Shown: one piece after another, positions 7,096-14,530 of the stretch
Numbering within the stretch: position 1 is the stretch's first letter
How the letters are laid out: each line of letters begins with the position of its first letter
IMG/VR virus record: IMGVR_UViG_2690316028_000003
Span: 1-19,137 of that record
Reading direction: 5' to 3' (one strand)
DNA length: 19,137 nt
DNA from: a virus
Taxonomy: Duplodnaviria > Heunggongvirae > Uroviricota > Caudoviricetes
Made by a program: the position numbers and the translations under genes
The notes under the pieces: model-generated
The model's input: only the letters and a program-made list of their open reading frames with translations
The model's database searches: none
Told to the model about the DNA's origin: nothing

Positions 7096-7428
7096 TCAAT
7101 CGTAATAAGCTGGAATTGATTTTCCGCGTTGTTTCTGGCGGCCTACACAAGTCACACCCATTTCACTGCGTGGCTTGCTGTACCATGTGCGCTGATTCTT
7201 GCGCTCAATACGTTGCAGGTTGCTTTCAATCTGTTCGTGGTATTCAGCCAGCACCGTAAGGTCTATCGGATTCAGTGCGCTTTCTACTCGTGATTTCGGT
7301 TTGCGATTCAGCGAGAGAATAGGGCGGTTAACTGGTTTTGCGCTTACCCCAACCAACAGGGGATTTGCTGCTTTCCATTGAGCCTGTTTCTCTGCGCGAC
7401 GTTCGCGGCGGCGTGCTTGTGCATCCAT
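7096..7428 (-). CDS. N: antitermination protein N
   Basis: From ATG 7428 (AGGAG SD): MDAQARRRERRAEKQAQWKAANPLLVGVSAKPVNRPILSLNRKPKSRVESALNPIDLTVLAEYHEQIESNLQRIERKNQRTWYSKP..., near-identical to lambda N including the arginine-rich motif; track's upstream ATG at 7479 lacks a good SD. Confidence 0.9.
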   Translation of the reverse strand: MDAQARRRERRAEKQAQWKAANPLLVGVSAKPVNRPILSLNRKPKSRVESALNPIDLTVLAEYHEQIESNLQRIERKNQRTWYSKPRSEMGVTCVGRQKQRGKSIPAYYD

Positions 7429-7600
7429 CTTGATTCTCCTGTCAGTTAGCTTTGGTGGTGTGGTAGGTGGGAGACCCATTTCGACCTGCTTCGGCCGACT
7501 TCAATTCGGCAATAGTTCCGCAGGCCTCGCCGCTTTACGTGCGACATATTCCCATCCATGAACCCTTCACCACACCCCAAAGCCTTCTGCTTTGAATGCT

Positions 7601-7631
7601 GCCCTTCTTCAGGGCTTAATTTTTAAGAGCA
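7601..7631 (-). promoter_or_regulatory. nutL (boxA plus boxB) N-utilisation site
   Basis: Minus-strand reading gives TGCTCTTAA (boxA-like, 7631..7623) followed by GCCCTGAAGAAGGGC (boxB hairpin, 7615..7601), matching lambda nutL boxB exactly. Confidence 0.85.
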
Positions 7632-7670
7632 TCACCTTCATGGTGGTCAGTGCGTCCTGCTGATGGCTAG

Positions 7671-7699
7671 ATAATCACAAATTGTGTTCGTGCTGTCAA
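7671..7699 (-). promoter_or_regulatory. pL-like early-left promoter
   Basis: Minus strand TTGACA (7699..7694), 17-nt spacer, GATTAT (7676..7671); overlaps operator sites; points toward nutL and N. Confidence 0.6.
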
Positions 7700-7734
7700 C
7701 ACGAAATGTGATTGTTTTTATCACAACACGTGTT
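7674..7734. promoter_or_regulatory. OL: three repressor operator sites
   Basis: 15-bp dyads ATCACA-AAT-TGTGTT (7674..7688), AACACG-AAA-TGTGAT (7698..7712), ATCACA-ACA-CGTGTT (7720..7734); centre spacing 24 and 22 bp. Confidence 0.6.
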
Positions 7735-7772
7735 TTCATTGATTTTTAAGGTAATTTAATTTTCTTTGGGCA

Positions 7773-7806
7773 ACAAAAAACCCGCCGAAGCGGGTTTGAT
7801 GTTTTT
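7773..7806. terminator. bidirectional intrinsic terminator downstream of cI
   Basis: aaaaaa-CCCGC-cgaa-GCGGG-tttgatgttttt: GC hairpin with an A-run on one side and T-rich run on the other; 15 nt past the cI stop. Confidence 0.55.
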
Positions 7807-7820
7807 AAGTGGCGGGTATA

Positions 7821-8462
7821 TCAGGAGAATTTCATCATCATCTGCACTGCTACGCCGATTATCTTGCAGTTGCCGTCGATTGGGATCAACGGATAGGCAG
7901 GGTTAAGCCCTTTCAGGTATTTGTTACCGCCATCAATGATTAGCTTCTTGAACGTGGCTTCATTAGCATCTGTCAGCTTCGCAACTACCAGGCTTCCATT
8001 AACGGCTTCCTTTCCAGTGTCGAACAGAACCAGCATACCCTCAGGAACGCTAAGGCCGGTAGGAGCTGTCATTGAGTCGCCCTGAACCCTGAGCCAGAAG
8101 GCGTCACCGACAACGTGACAATCTGATTCATACCACTCATCCACTGCCTGAGGGTTGTACGGCTCTACGGCCTCACTCCATGCACCTGCGCTAACCCAGC
8201 TAATCAACGGAAACTTTTCCCCTGGCTTGTATTGTCCCTGATAGTTGTCGCCAAAAAGCAGTTCTGCCGGAGCGACGCCCAAAGCTTTAGCTATTACCTC
8301 TGCGTCATCAACACTAACGCTTCTGGTTCCTGATTCATAGTTGCCGATCCGAGATTGTGAAGCCCAGCCGCAAAGCTCCGCCAGCGCCTTCTGTGAAAGC
8401 CCTTTATCTTCCCGTAATCGCTTGATACGCGCGGCGATAGTTTCTGTTCTGTTCATGCGCAT
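7821..8462 (-). CDS. cI: CI-type prophage repressor (N-terminal HTH, C-terminal LexA-like S24 autopeptidase)
   Basis: 213 aa; HTH segment LSQKALAELCGWASQSRIGNYESG; probable Ala-Gly cleavage site in SAGAW; catalytic QGDSM serine motif and downstream Lys; ATG sits within about 10 nt of a TATAAA -10-like element, suggesting a near-leaderless pRM transcript. Confidence 0.85.
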   Translation of the reverse strand: MRMNRTETIAARIKRLREDKGLSQKALAELCGWASQSRIGNYESGTRSVSVDDAEVIAKALGVAPAELLFGDNYQGQYKPGEKFPLISWVSAGAWSEAVEPYNPQAVDEWYESDCHVVGDAFWLRVQGDSMTAPTGLSVPEGMLVLFDTGKEAVNGSLVVAKLTDANEATFKKLIIDGGNKYLKGLNPAYPLIPIDGNCKIIGVAVQMMMKFS

Positions 8463-8467
8463 TTTAT

Positions 8468-8529
8468 ATCACATTCCGTGGTTTAAGGCTTTACACGATT
8501 TGTGTTGACTATCAATCACAATATGTGTT
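8468..8529. promoter_or_regulatory. OR: three repressor operator sites
   Basis: ATCACA-TTC-CGTGGT (8468..8482), TACACG-ATT-TGTGTT (8492..8506), ATCACA-ATA-TGTGTT (8515..8529); same half-site consensus as OL. Confidence 0.6.
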
Positions 8530-8533
8530 TAAT
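8505..8533 (+). promoter_or_regulatory. pR-like early-right promoter
   Basis: TTGACT (8505..8510), 17-nt spacer, TTTAAT (8528..8533); overlaps the two cro-proximal operators. Confidence 0.55.
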
Positions 8534-8566
8534 AAAGACTGAGTGAACTAGCTCTTAAGGAAACCT

Positions 8567-8782
8567 ATGAACAACATTGCCAACGAACGGAAAAAGCTTG
8601 GCATCACTCAATCTGCGTTAGCAGGCGCGTGTGGCTGGAACCAGTCCCGCTTAGCTAACTACGAGTCAGGTATCCGGACTCCAGATTTAGAGTCGTGCCG
8701 TCGCCTGGTAAAGGCGCTGAATAAATTGGGGAGCAAGACAACGCTAGATGGCTTGTTCCCGCCGGAACACAAAGCCGCTTAA
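8567..8782 (+). CDS. cro: Cro-like HTH regulator
   Basis: 71 aa; HTH LGITQSALAGACGWNQSRLANYESG; first gene after pR, divergent from cI; AAGGAA SD. Confidence 0.75.
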   Translation: MNNIANERKKLGITQSALAGACGWNQSRLANYESGIRTPDLESCRRLVKALNKLGSKTTLDGLFPPEHKAA

Positions 8783-8790
8783 GACATTCC

Positions 8791-8822
8791 CGCTCTTACA
8801 CATCCCCGCCCTGAAAAAGGGC
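8791..8822 (+). promoter_or_regulatory. nutR (boxA plus boxB)
   Basis: CGCTCTTACACA (boxA, 8791..8802) and GCCCTGAAAAAGGGC (boxB, 8808..8822); the stretch from here to cII appears essentially lambda-identical. Confidence 0.85.
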
Positions 8823-8901
8823 ATCAAATTAAACCACACCTATGGTGTATGCATTTATTTGCATACATTCAATCAATTGTTATCTAAGGAAATACTTACA
8901 T

Positions 8902-9180
8902 ATGGTTCGTGCAAACAAACGCAACGAGGCTCTACGAATCGAGAGTGCGTTGCTTAACAAAATCGCAATGCTTGGAACTGAGAAGACAGCGGAAGCTGTG
9001 GGAGTTGATAAGTCGCAGATCAGCAGGTGGAAGAGGGATTGGATTCCAAAGTTCTCAATGCTGCTTGCTGTTCTTGAATGGGGTGTTGAAGACGAGGAGT
9101 TGGCGGAACTGGCTAAGAAAGTAGCCAGAATGCTGACAAAAGAAAAAGCCCCGAAGAACGGCGAATTCTTCGAGGCCTGA
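8902..9180 (+). CDS. cII: transcriptional activator CII
   Basis: From ATG 8902: MVRANKRNEALRIESALLNKIAMLGTEKTAEAVGVDKSQISRWKRDWIPKFSMLLAVLEWGV..., near-identical to lambda CII over the first roughly 60 residues; track start at 8842 is an upstream in-frame Met. Confidence 0.9.
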   Translation: MVRANKRNEALRIESALLNKIAMLGTEKTAEAVGVDKSQISRWKRDWIPKFSMLLAVLEWGVEDEELAELAKKVARMLTKEKAPKNGEFFEA

Positions 9181-9214
9181 TGTAGAAAGACTGGATCAAT
9201 CCACAGGAGTAATT

Positions 9215-9376
9215 ATGACAAAACGTCGTAAGAAATACCAGGAAAAAGAAGAGATTCGACACCCTGATTCACCTGAGGGATTAGTGGTAGCCGCAGCAAA
9301 TAACAGGGCGTTCGCAGAGCGCCTTGTTGGTGTTTACAGACTAGCCAAAGCAGGAGTGAAACATGGGCGTCGTTAA
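9215..9376 (+). CDS. small basic hypothetical protein (53 aa)
   Basis: Manual translation [53 protein letters not shown]; AGGAG SD 5 nt upstream; overlaps O start by 14 nt. Confidence 0.35.
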   Translation: MTKRRKKYQEKEEIRHPDSPEGLVVAAANNRAFAERLVGVYRLAKAGVKHGRR

Positions 9377-10184
9377 GTTAGCTGATTACAGGCCTCAACT
9401 GGAGGTCGTGGAGCATCGCGTGGCAGATACCGAAGATGGTTTCATGCGCGTTGCTAACGAGATTACCGACAGTCTGCTGATGGCTGATTTAACCGTCCGG
9501 CAGATGAAGGTGATGCTCGCTATCATGCGCAAGACATACGGATTCAATAAGCCGATGGATCGACTCACAAACACGCAGATAGCAGCCATGACAGGTATTC
9601 ATCACACTCATGTTTGCGCTGCCAAGCGCCAGCTTATTGAGCGTAAATTCCTCATTGCTGATGGCGTGAAAATCGGAGTGAACAAGGTGGTTTCTCAGTG
9701 GATTAGCCAGGACAGCTTAACATTAGCTAAAACAGCTAATAAAACATTAGCCAAGTCGGCTAATGGGTATAAGCCAAGTCAGCTAAACACAAAAGACAAT
9801 ATACAAAAGACAATAAATACAAATACCCCCTTACCCCCTAACGGGGGTGGCGATGGGCAGGTTAAACCTGAACGTCGCAAGGCAGAACGAATCGACTACG
9901 AATCCTTCCTGAACGCCTACAACACCGAAGTCGGTGACAGACTGCCACACGCTGTTTCGGTCAACGAGAAACGCAAACGCCGCCTGAAGAAAATCATCCC
10001 GCAACTGAAAACGCCAAACGTGGACGGTTTCAGAGCGTATGTCAGGGCGTTTGTGCATCAGGCCAAGCCGTTTTACTTCGGAGACAACGACACGGGCTGG
10101 ACGGCCGATTTTGATTACCTGTTGAGGGAAGATTCGTTAACGGGAGTACGGGAAGGGAAGTTTGCAGACAGGGGGATTTCATGA
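9363..10184 (+). CDS. O: replication initiator, lambda O-like N-terminal domain
   Basis: N-terminal region ...[37 protein letters not shown]... resembles lambda O (DLTKRQFKVLLAILRKTYGWNKPMDRITDSQL); AGGAG SD; iterons inside the gene. Confidence 0.8.
   Translation: MGVVKLADYRPQLEVVEHRVADTEDGFMRVANEITDSLLMADLTVRQMKVMLAIMRKTYGFNKPMDRLTNTQIAAMTGIHHTHVCAAKRQLIERKFLIADGVKIGVNKVVSQWISQDSLTLAKTANKTLAKSANGYKPSQLNTKDNIQKTINTNTPLPPNGGGDGQVKPERRKAERIDYESFLNAYNTEVGDRLPHAVSVNEKRKRRLKKIIPQLKTPNVDGFRAYVRAFVHQAKPFYFGDNDTGWTADFDYLLREDSLTGVREGKFADRGIS
9703..9825. repeat. origin-like iterons (four copies) plus AT-rich tract inside the O gene
   Basis: TTAGCCAGGACAGCTTAA (9703..9720), TTAGCTAAAACAGCTAA (9723..9739), TTAGCCAAGTCGGCTAA (9747..9763), AAGCCAAGTCAGCTAA (9771..9786), each with internal dyad TTAGC...GCTAA, followed by an A/T-rich run acacaaaagacaatatacaaaagacaataaatacaaata. 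Confidence 0.55.
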
Positions 10185-11557
10185 GACAGGATATCGAAGC
10201 GAGCGTTATCGGTGGCCTGCTGATTGGTGGATTAACGCCAACCGCCAGCGACGTTCTGGCAACGCTGGAGCCGGAAGCGTTTTCAATTCCGCTCTACCGG
10301 AAAGCCTTCGAGGTTATCCGCAAGCAGGCGAGAAACAGAAACCTAATCGATGCGCTGATGGTTGCCGAGGCGTGCGGAGAGGAGCATTTCACGTCAATCC
10401 TGATGACCAGCAAAAACTGCCCGAGTGCCGCAAACCTGAAGGGATATGCCGGAATGGTCGCGGATAACTATCACCGCCGTCTGGTGCTGGAAATCATGGA
10501 TGAAATGCGTGAACCAATTCAGAGCGGAACCATCGACGCATCGAGTCAGGCGATGGATGAACTTGTAAAGCGTCTCTCAGCCATCAGAAAGCCCCGTAAC
10601 GAGGTTAAACCGATACGGTTAGGGGAAATCATCACTGACTACACTGACACGCTTGACAGGCGTCTGAGGAACGGAGAAGAGTCAGATACCCTGAAGACCG
10701 GAATCGAAGAACTTGACGCCATCACCGGAGGGATGAACGCGGAAGACCTTGTGATAATCGCTGCTCGTCCTGGTATGGGGAAAACCGAACTGGCGCTGAA
10801 GATTGCCGAAGGCGTTGCAAGCCGCGTTATTCCTGGTTCTGACGTCCGGCGCGGGGTATTGATTTTCTCAATGGAAATGAGCGCATTGCAGATTGCAGAG
10901 CGAAGCATTGCCAACGCCGGGAGGATGTCGGTTAGCGTACTGCGAAATCCTGCATCGATGGATGACGAGGGCTGGGCACGTGTTGCTAACGGCATGAGTC
11001 AGCTTGCAGATTTGGATGTATGGGTAGTCGATGCCTCGCGGTTATCGGTCGAAGAAATACGCTCAATCGCAGAACGGCACAAACAGGAAAATCCAAACCT
11101 GTCACTCATCATGGCGGATTATCTTGGCCTGATTGAGAAGCCGAAAGCAGACCGCAACGACCTTGCAATTGCTCACATCTCCGGAAGCCTGAAGGCGATG
11201 GCGAAAGACCTGAAAACGCCTGTTATCTCCCTGAGTCAGCTTTCGCGCGATGTTGAGAAGCGACCAAACAAACGCCCGACAAACGCAGATTTGCGTGATT
11301 CAGGAAGCATTGAACAGGATGCAGACTCAATCATCATGCTCTATCGGGAAGCGGTATATGACGAGAACAGTAGCGCCGCGCCATTTGCTGAAATCATTGT
11401 GACGAAAAACCGTTTTGGCTCGCTTGGTACGGTTTACCAGCGGTTCTGCAACGGACACTTTGTTGCATGTGACCAGGATGAAGCCAGACAGATTTGCACA
11501 ACATCAAATGCACCCGCTGCACGTGGCAGACGATATGCACAAGGGGCTGACGTATGA
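10181..11557 (+). CDS. DnaB-family replicative DNA helicase (P22 gp12-like)
   Basis: 458 aa; Walker [10 protein letters not shown]; DnaB-like N-terminal domain; ATG overlaps O stop (ATGA). Confidence 0.85.
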   Translation: MRQDIEASVIGGLLIGGLTPTASDVLATLEPEAFSIPLYRKAFEVIRKQARNRNLIDALMVAEACGEEHFTSILMTSKNCPSAANLKGYAGMVADNYHRRLVLEIMDEMREPIQSGTIDASSQAMDELVKRLSAIRKPRNEVKPIRLGEIITDYTDTLDRRLRNGEESDTLKTGIEELDAITGGMNAEDLVIIAARPGMGKTELALKIAEGVASRVIPGSDVRRGVLIFSMEMSALQIAERSIANAGRMSVSVLRNPASMDDEGWARVANGMSQLADLDVWVVDASRLSVEEIRSIAERHKQENPNLSLIMADYLGLIEKPKADRNDLAIAHISGSLKAMAKDLKTPVISLSQLSRDVEKRPNKRPTNADLRDSGSIEQDADSIIMLYREAVYDENSSAAPFAEIIVTKNRFGSLGTVYQRFCNGHFVACDQDEARQICTTSNAPAARGRRYAQGADV

Positions 11558-11658
11558 CCATCTACATCACTGAGCTAATAGCAGGGTTATCGTTACTAAT
11601 GGTTCTTACTGTATATATTATTAAGTATATTCTTTATGCGAATAAAAAAACTAATTGA
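11554..11658 (+). CDS. possible small hydrophobic membrane peptide (34 aa)
   Basis: Manual translation [34 protein letters not shown]; ATG overlaps helicase TGA (ATGA); one predicted TM helix with a basic C-terminus; overlaps the start of the next HNH gene in another frame. Confidence 0.2.
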   Translation: MTIYITELIAGLSLLMVLTVYIIKYILYANKKTN

Positions 11659-12247
11659 TCACGATGAGCTTCTGTCAACATTATCATATGACTCAGAAAC
11701 AGGAATATTTAAATGGCTAAAAACAAATTCAGTAGTAAGAGTAAAAGGTAGTATTGCTGGAGGTGTTAGTGGTGGTTATATATGCATTAGCATAAATAAT
11801 GTTTTGTATTATGCGCATAGACTTGCTTGGTTCTATGTATACAAAAAATGGCCTCCTAAGTTTATTGATCATGTAAATGGGAACAGACTTGACAATAGGA
11901 TTTCAAATCTAAGACTGGCAACAGAAGAGCAGAATGCAAGAAACATTGTAGGGAATAGATTAAACACATCCGGTGCAATTGGAGTGTCTTGGTATAAGCC
12001 AACTGGCAGGTGGAAGTCTTATGTTGGTTATAAAAATAAGACAATATCGTTAGGGTATTTCGATAGCAAAGAAGATGCAGCATTCATAGCAGCACTAGCA
12101 AGAAAGAAACTATATGGAACTTATGCGAGTAAAGCACTTAATTGCGAGCATGAGCTTTTATCTCAATTTAATAATGATGAGGATAAACTTGCGGAATATC
12201 TTAAGGAAAAATCTAAAAGGACTCGAAATCGTGTTAAAAACAGATAA
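11636..12247 (+). CDS. HNH homing endonuclease (HNH_3 plus AP2-like DNA-binding domain)
   Basis: YYAHRLAWFYVYKKWPPKFIDHVNGNRLDNRISNLRLATEEQN (HNH_3) then GVSWYKPTGRWKSYVGYKNKTISLGYFDSKEDAAFIAA (AP2-like); visibly AT-rich compared with the flanking helicase and ninB; no clear SD. Confidence 0.75.
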   Translation: MRIKKLIDHDELLSTLSYDSETGIFKWLKTNSVVRVKGSIAGGVSGGYICISINNVLYYAHRLAWFYVYKKWPPKFIDHVNGNRLDNRISNLRLATEEQNARNIVGNRLNTSGAIGVSWYKPTGRWKSYVGYKNKTISLGYFDSKEDAAFIAALARKKLYGTYASKALNCEHELLSQFNNDEDKLAEYLKEKSKRTRNRVKNR

Positions 12248-12279
12248 AGGCCTGCTGGTAATCGCAGGCCTTTTTATTT
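12248..12279 (+). terminator. intrinsic terminator (tR2-like) between the replication module and nin region
   Basis: Stem aggcctgc/gcaggcct (8 bp), 8-nt loop, then TTTTTATTT. Confidence 0.65.
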
Positions 12280-12295
12280 GGGGGAGAGGGAAGTC

Positions 12296-12736
12296 ATGAA
12301 AAAACTAACCTTTGAAATTCGATCCCCAGCACATCAGCAAAACGCTATTCACGCGGTGCAGCAAATTCTTCCAGACCCAACCAAGCCAATCGTAGTGATC
12401 ATTCATGAGCGCAACCGCAGCTTAGACCAAAACAGGAAGCTATGGGCCTGCTTAGGTGACGTCTCTCGTCAGGTTGAATGGCATGGTCGCTGGCTGGATG
12501 CAGAAAGCTGGAAGTGTGTGTTTACCGCAGCATTAAAGCAGCAGGATGTTGTTCCTAACCTTGCCGGGAATGGCTTTGTGGTAATAGGCCAGTCAACCAG
12601 CAGGATGCGTGTAAGCGAATTTGCGGAGCTATTAGAGCTTATACAGGCATTCGGTACAGAGCGTGGCGTTAAGTGGTCAGACGAAGCGAGACTGGCTCTG
12701 GAGTGGAAAGCGAGATGGGGAGATCGGGCTGCATGA
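12296..12736 (+). CDS. ninB: NinB (Orf-family recombination mediator)
   Basis: From ATG 12296: MKKLTFEIRSPAHQQNAIHAVQQILPDPTKPIVV...ARLALEWKARWGDRAA, near-identical to lambda NinB; track start 12278 is an upstream TTG. Confidence 0.9.
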   Translation: MKKLTFEIRSPAHQQNAIHAVQQILPDPTKPIVVIIHERNRSLDQNRKLWACLGDVSRQVEWHGRWLDAESWKCVFTAALKQQDVVPNLAGNGFVVIGQSTSRMRVSEFAELLELIQAFGTERGVKWSDEARLALEWKARWGDRAA

Positions 12737-13095
12737 CTATCAAATCAAATACGGCAGCGTCAGATAGGTATCGGCTTATTGAGGATTATCTGTATTTAGA
12801 CGGAGATACAGTCAGATACAAAAAGGACTCGCTAAAACACCCCAACCACAGCCACCGGGCCGGAGATGAAATTAAAACATCGATAAATGGATCTGGGTAT
12901 AGACAGGTGTGTTTTGCAGGCATTCAGATGTTTGTTCACGTAGTTGTTTTTGCGCTGCACAACAAAAGAATGCCATTGAAAAATATTGACCATATTAACG
13001 GAAACAGGCTGGACAATTCCCCAAAAAATCTTAGGGAGGCAAGCCGGATAGCAAACAGCCGAAATCAGAAAACTAAGTTCAATAGCCGTTCTTGA
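12733..13095 (+). CDS. HNH endonuclease, HNH_3 domain only; an in-frame TGA separates it from an AP2-like domain that continues to 13260
   Basis: From ATG 12733 (overlaps ninB stop): MTIKSNTAASDRYRLIEDYLYLDGDT...VHVVVFALHNKRMPLKNIDHINGNRLDNSPKNLREASRIANSRNQ; after TGA at 13093..13095 the same frame stays open for 54 codons ([54 protein letters not shown]). Confidence 0.6.
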   Translation: MTIKSNTAASDRYRLIEDYLYLDGDTVRYKKDSLKHPNHSHRAGDEIKTSINGSGYRQVCFAGIQMFVHVVVFALHNKRMPLKNIDHINGNRLDNSPKNLREASRIANSRNQKTKFNSRS

Positions 13096-13256
13096 ATAAA
13101 AAATGTTTTATGGAACAAGCAAAAAAATAAATGGGCCGTTCAAGTGCGCACAGATTTTGGCCGGTTGCATTTTGGGTTCTATGAAGATCTTGAGCTTGCT
13201 GGTTTGGTTGCCAGTGAGGCTATCAACAAATATCACGGACAATATGCGAGGGTTGA

Positions 13257-13787
13257 ATGATTAAGCATAAATCAGAAACACCAAAAGAAGTTAGAGACTG
13301 CTGGCAAACGCCGCTCTGGCTTTTTGATGCACTGGATATTGAGTTTGGATTCTGGCTGGACTCAGCTGCGAGCGACAAAAATGCTCTGTGCGCTCACTGG
13401 CTAACTGAGGCCGACGACGCGCTCAATTCTGAGTGGGTAAGCCACGGTGCAATCTGGAATAACCCACCGTACAGCAATATCAGGCCGTGGGTGGAAAAAG
13501 CCGCTGAGCAGTGCATACAACAGCGACAGACGGTAGTTATGCTTGTGCCAGAGGATATGTCAGTCGGATGGTTCAGCAAGGCTCTGGAGAGTGTCGACGA
13601 AGTTCGCATTATCACTGATGGACGGATTAATTTTATCGAACCATCGACAGGGCTGGAGAAGAAGGGAAACAGCAAAGGCTCAATGCTGCTGATTTGGCGA
13701 CCGTTCATCAGTCCTCGACGAATGTTTACTACCGTATCCAAAGCGGCATTGATGGCGATCGGGCAGGGCGTCAGGAGGGCGGCATGA
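13257..13787 (+). CDS. phage Dam-like DNA N6-adenine methyltransferase
   Basis: 176 aa; [18 protein letters not shown]...[10 protein letters not shown] (NPPY catalytic motif IV); ATG overlaps the upstream stop. Confidence 0.8.
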   Translation: MIKHKSETPKEVRDCWQTPLWLFDALDIEFGFWLDSAASDKNALCAHWLTEADDALNSEWVSHGAIWNNPPYSNIRPWVEKAAEQCIQQRQTVVMLVPEDMSVGWFSKALESVDEVRIITDGRINFIEPSTGLEKKGNSKGSMLLIWRPFISPRRMFTTVSKAALMAIGQGVRRAA

Positions 13788-13960
13788 GGCGACAGCGACG
13801 AAGTATCACCGACATCATCTGCGAAAACTGCAAATACCTTCCAACGAAGCGCTCCAGAAATAAATGCAAGCCAATCCCAAAAGAATCTGACGTAAAAACC
13901 TTCAACTACACGGCTCACCTGTGGGATATCCGGTGGCTAAGACATCGTGCGAGGAAATGA
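13784..13960 (+). CDS. ninE: NinE
   Basis: From ATG 13784 (ATGA overlap with the methyltransferase stop): [58 protein letters not shown], near-identical to lambda NinE. Confidence 0.85.
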   Translation: MRRQRRSITDIICENCKYLPTKRSRNKCKPIPKESDVKTFNYTAHLWDIRWLRHRARK

Positions 13961-14361
13961 CAATGGATTATTCACAGTTAAGTGATTTTGAAATTAACGT
14001 GGCGGTATTCGAAGCCATTCATAACGGATCACCGGATTACAAAGAAGGTGAGAATGGCGATATGGTGTTTGTCTCATTTGAGGGAGACATTGTAAACGGA
14101 GACGCAGTTGAAGTAGAAGTTGAGCGCGGATCCTTTAACCCATGCGCAAACCCAGCAGACGCATGGCCGATCATCACTGAAAACAAAATTAGCACCATGT
14201 GGATGACAGCGGAAAAAGAATGGTGCGCATGGTCAGGAGGTGATTTAGAGGAAGGTTGTTGGGAATGGGAAAATATTCCTGGCTACTACTTCTGCGGTGA
14301 ATCTCCACTCCGCGCCGCCATGATTGTATTTCTCATGATGCAGGACGCCAATAATGCTTAG
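13957..14361 (+). CDS. ninX: NinX-like protein
   Basis: From ATG 13957 (ATGA overlap with ninE stop); sits between ninE and ninF as ninX does in P22; Cys/Trp-rich C-terminus; family assignment is from recall. Confidence 0.5.
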   Translation: MTMDYSQLSDFEINVAVFEAIHNGSPDYKEGENGDMVFVSFEGDIVNGDAVEVEVERGSFNPCANPADAWPIITENKISTMWMTAEKEWCAWSGGDLEEGCWEWENIPGYYFCGESPLRAAMIVFLMMQDANNA

Positions 14362-14530
14362 CCCATCCCAATCCCTTCAATACCAGAAAGAAAGCGTCGA
14401 GCGAGCTTTAACATGCGCTAACTGCGGTCAGAAGCTGCATGTGCTGGAAGTTCACGTGTGCTCCGATTGCTGCGCAGAACTGATGAGCGATCCGAATAGC
14501 TCAATGTACGAGGAAGAAGACGATGAGTGA
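14354..14530 (+). CDS. ninF: NinF
   Basis: Manual translation [58 protein letters not shown], near-identical to lambda NinF; below ORF-track size cutoff. Confidence 0.85.
   Translation: MLSPSQSLQYQKESVERALTCANCGQKLHVLEVHVCSDCCAELMSDPNSSMYEEEDDE

Noticed and set aside
6892-7259. Plus-strand ORFs 6892..7074 and 7071..7259 as a possible rightward sieB-like gene near N
   Set aside because: No SD or promoter; 7071..7259 is antisense to N; sequences show no membrane-protein character expected of SieB
10162-10467. ORF 10162..10467 (+), Arg/Gly-rich 101 aa
   Set aside because: Out-of-frame overlap with the start of the DnaB-like helicase gene, which has clear motifs and an ATGA-coupled start
10639-10995. 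Minus-strand ORF inside the helicase gene, and similar antisense ORFs (9395..9589, 9831..10058, 13394..13918, 14685..15409, 15526..16191, 17409..18412)
   Set aside because: Fully embedded antisense to well-supported plus-strand genes, with Arg/Ser/Pro-rich compositions typical of wrong-frame translation
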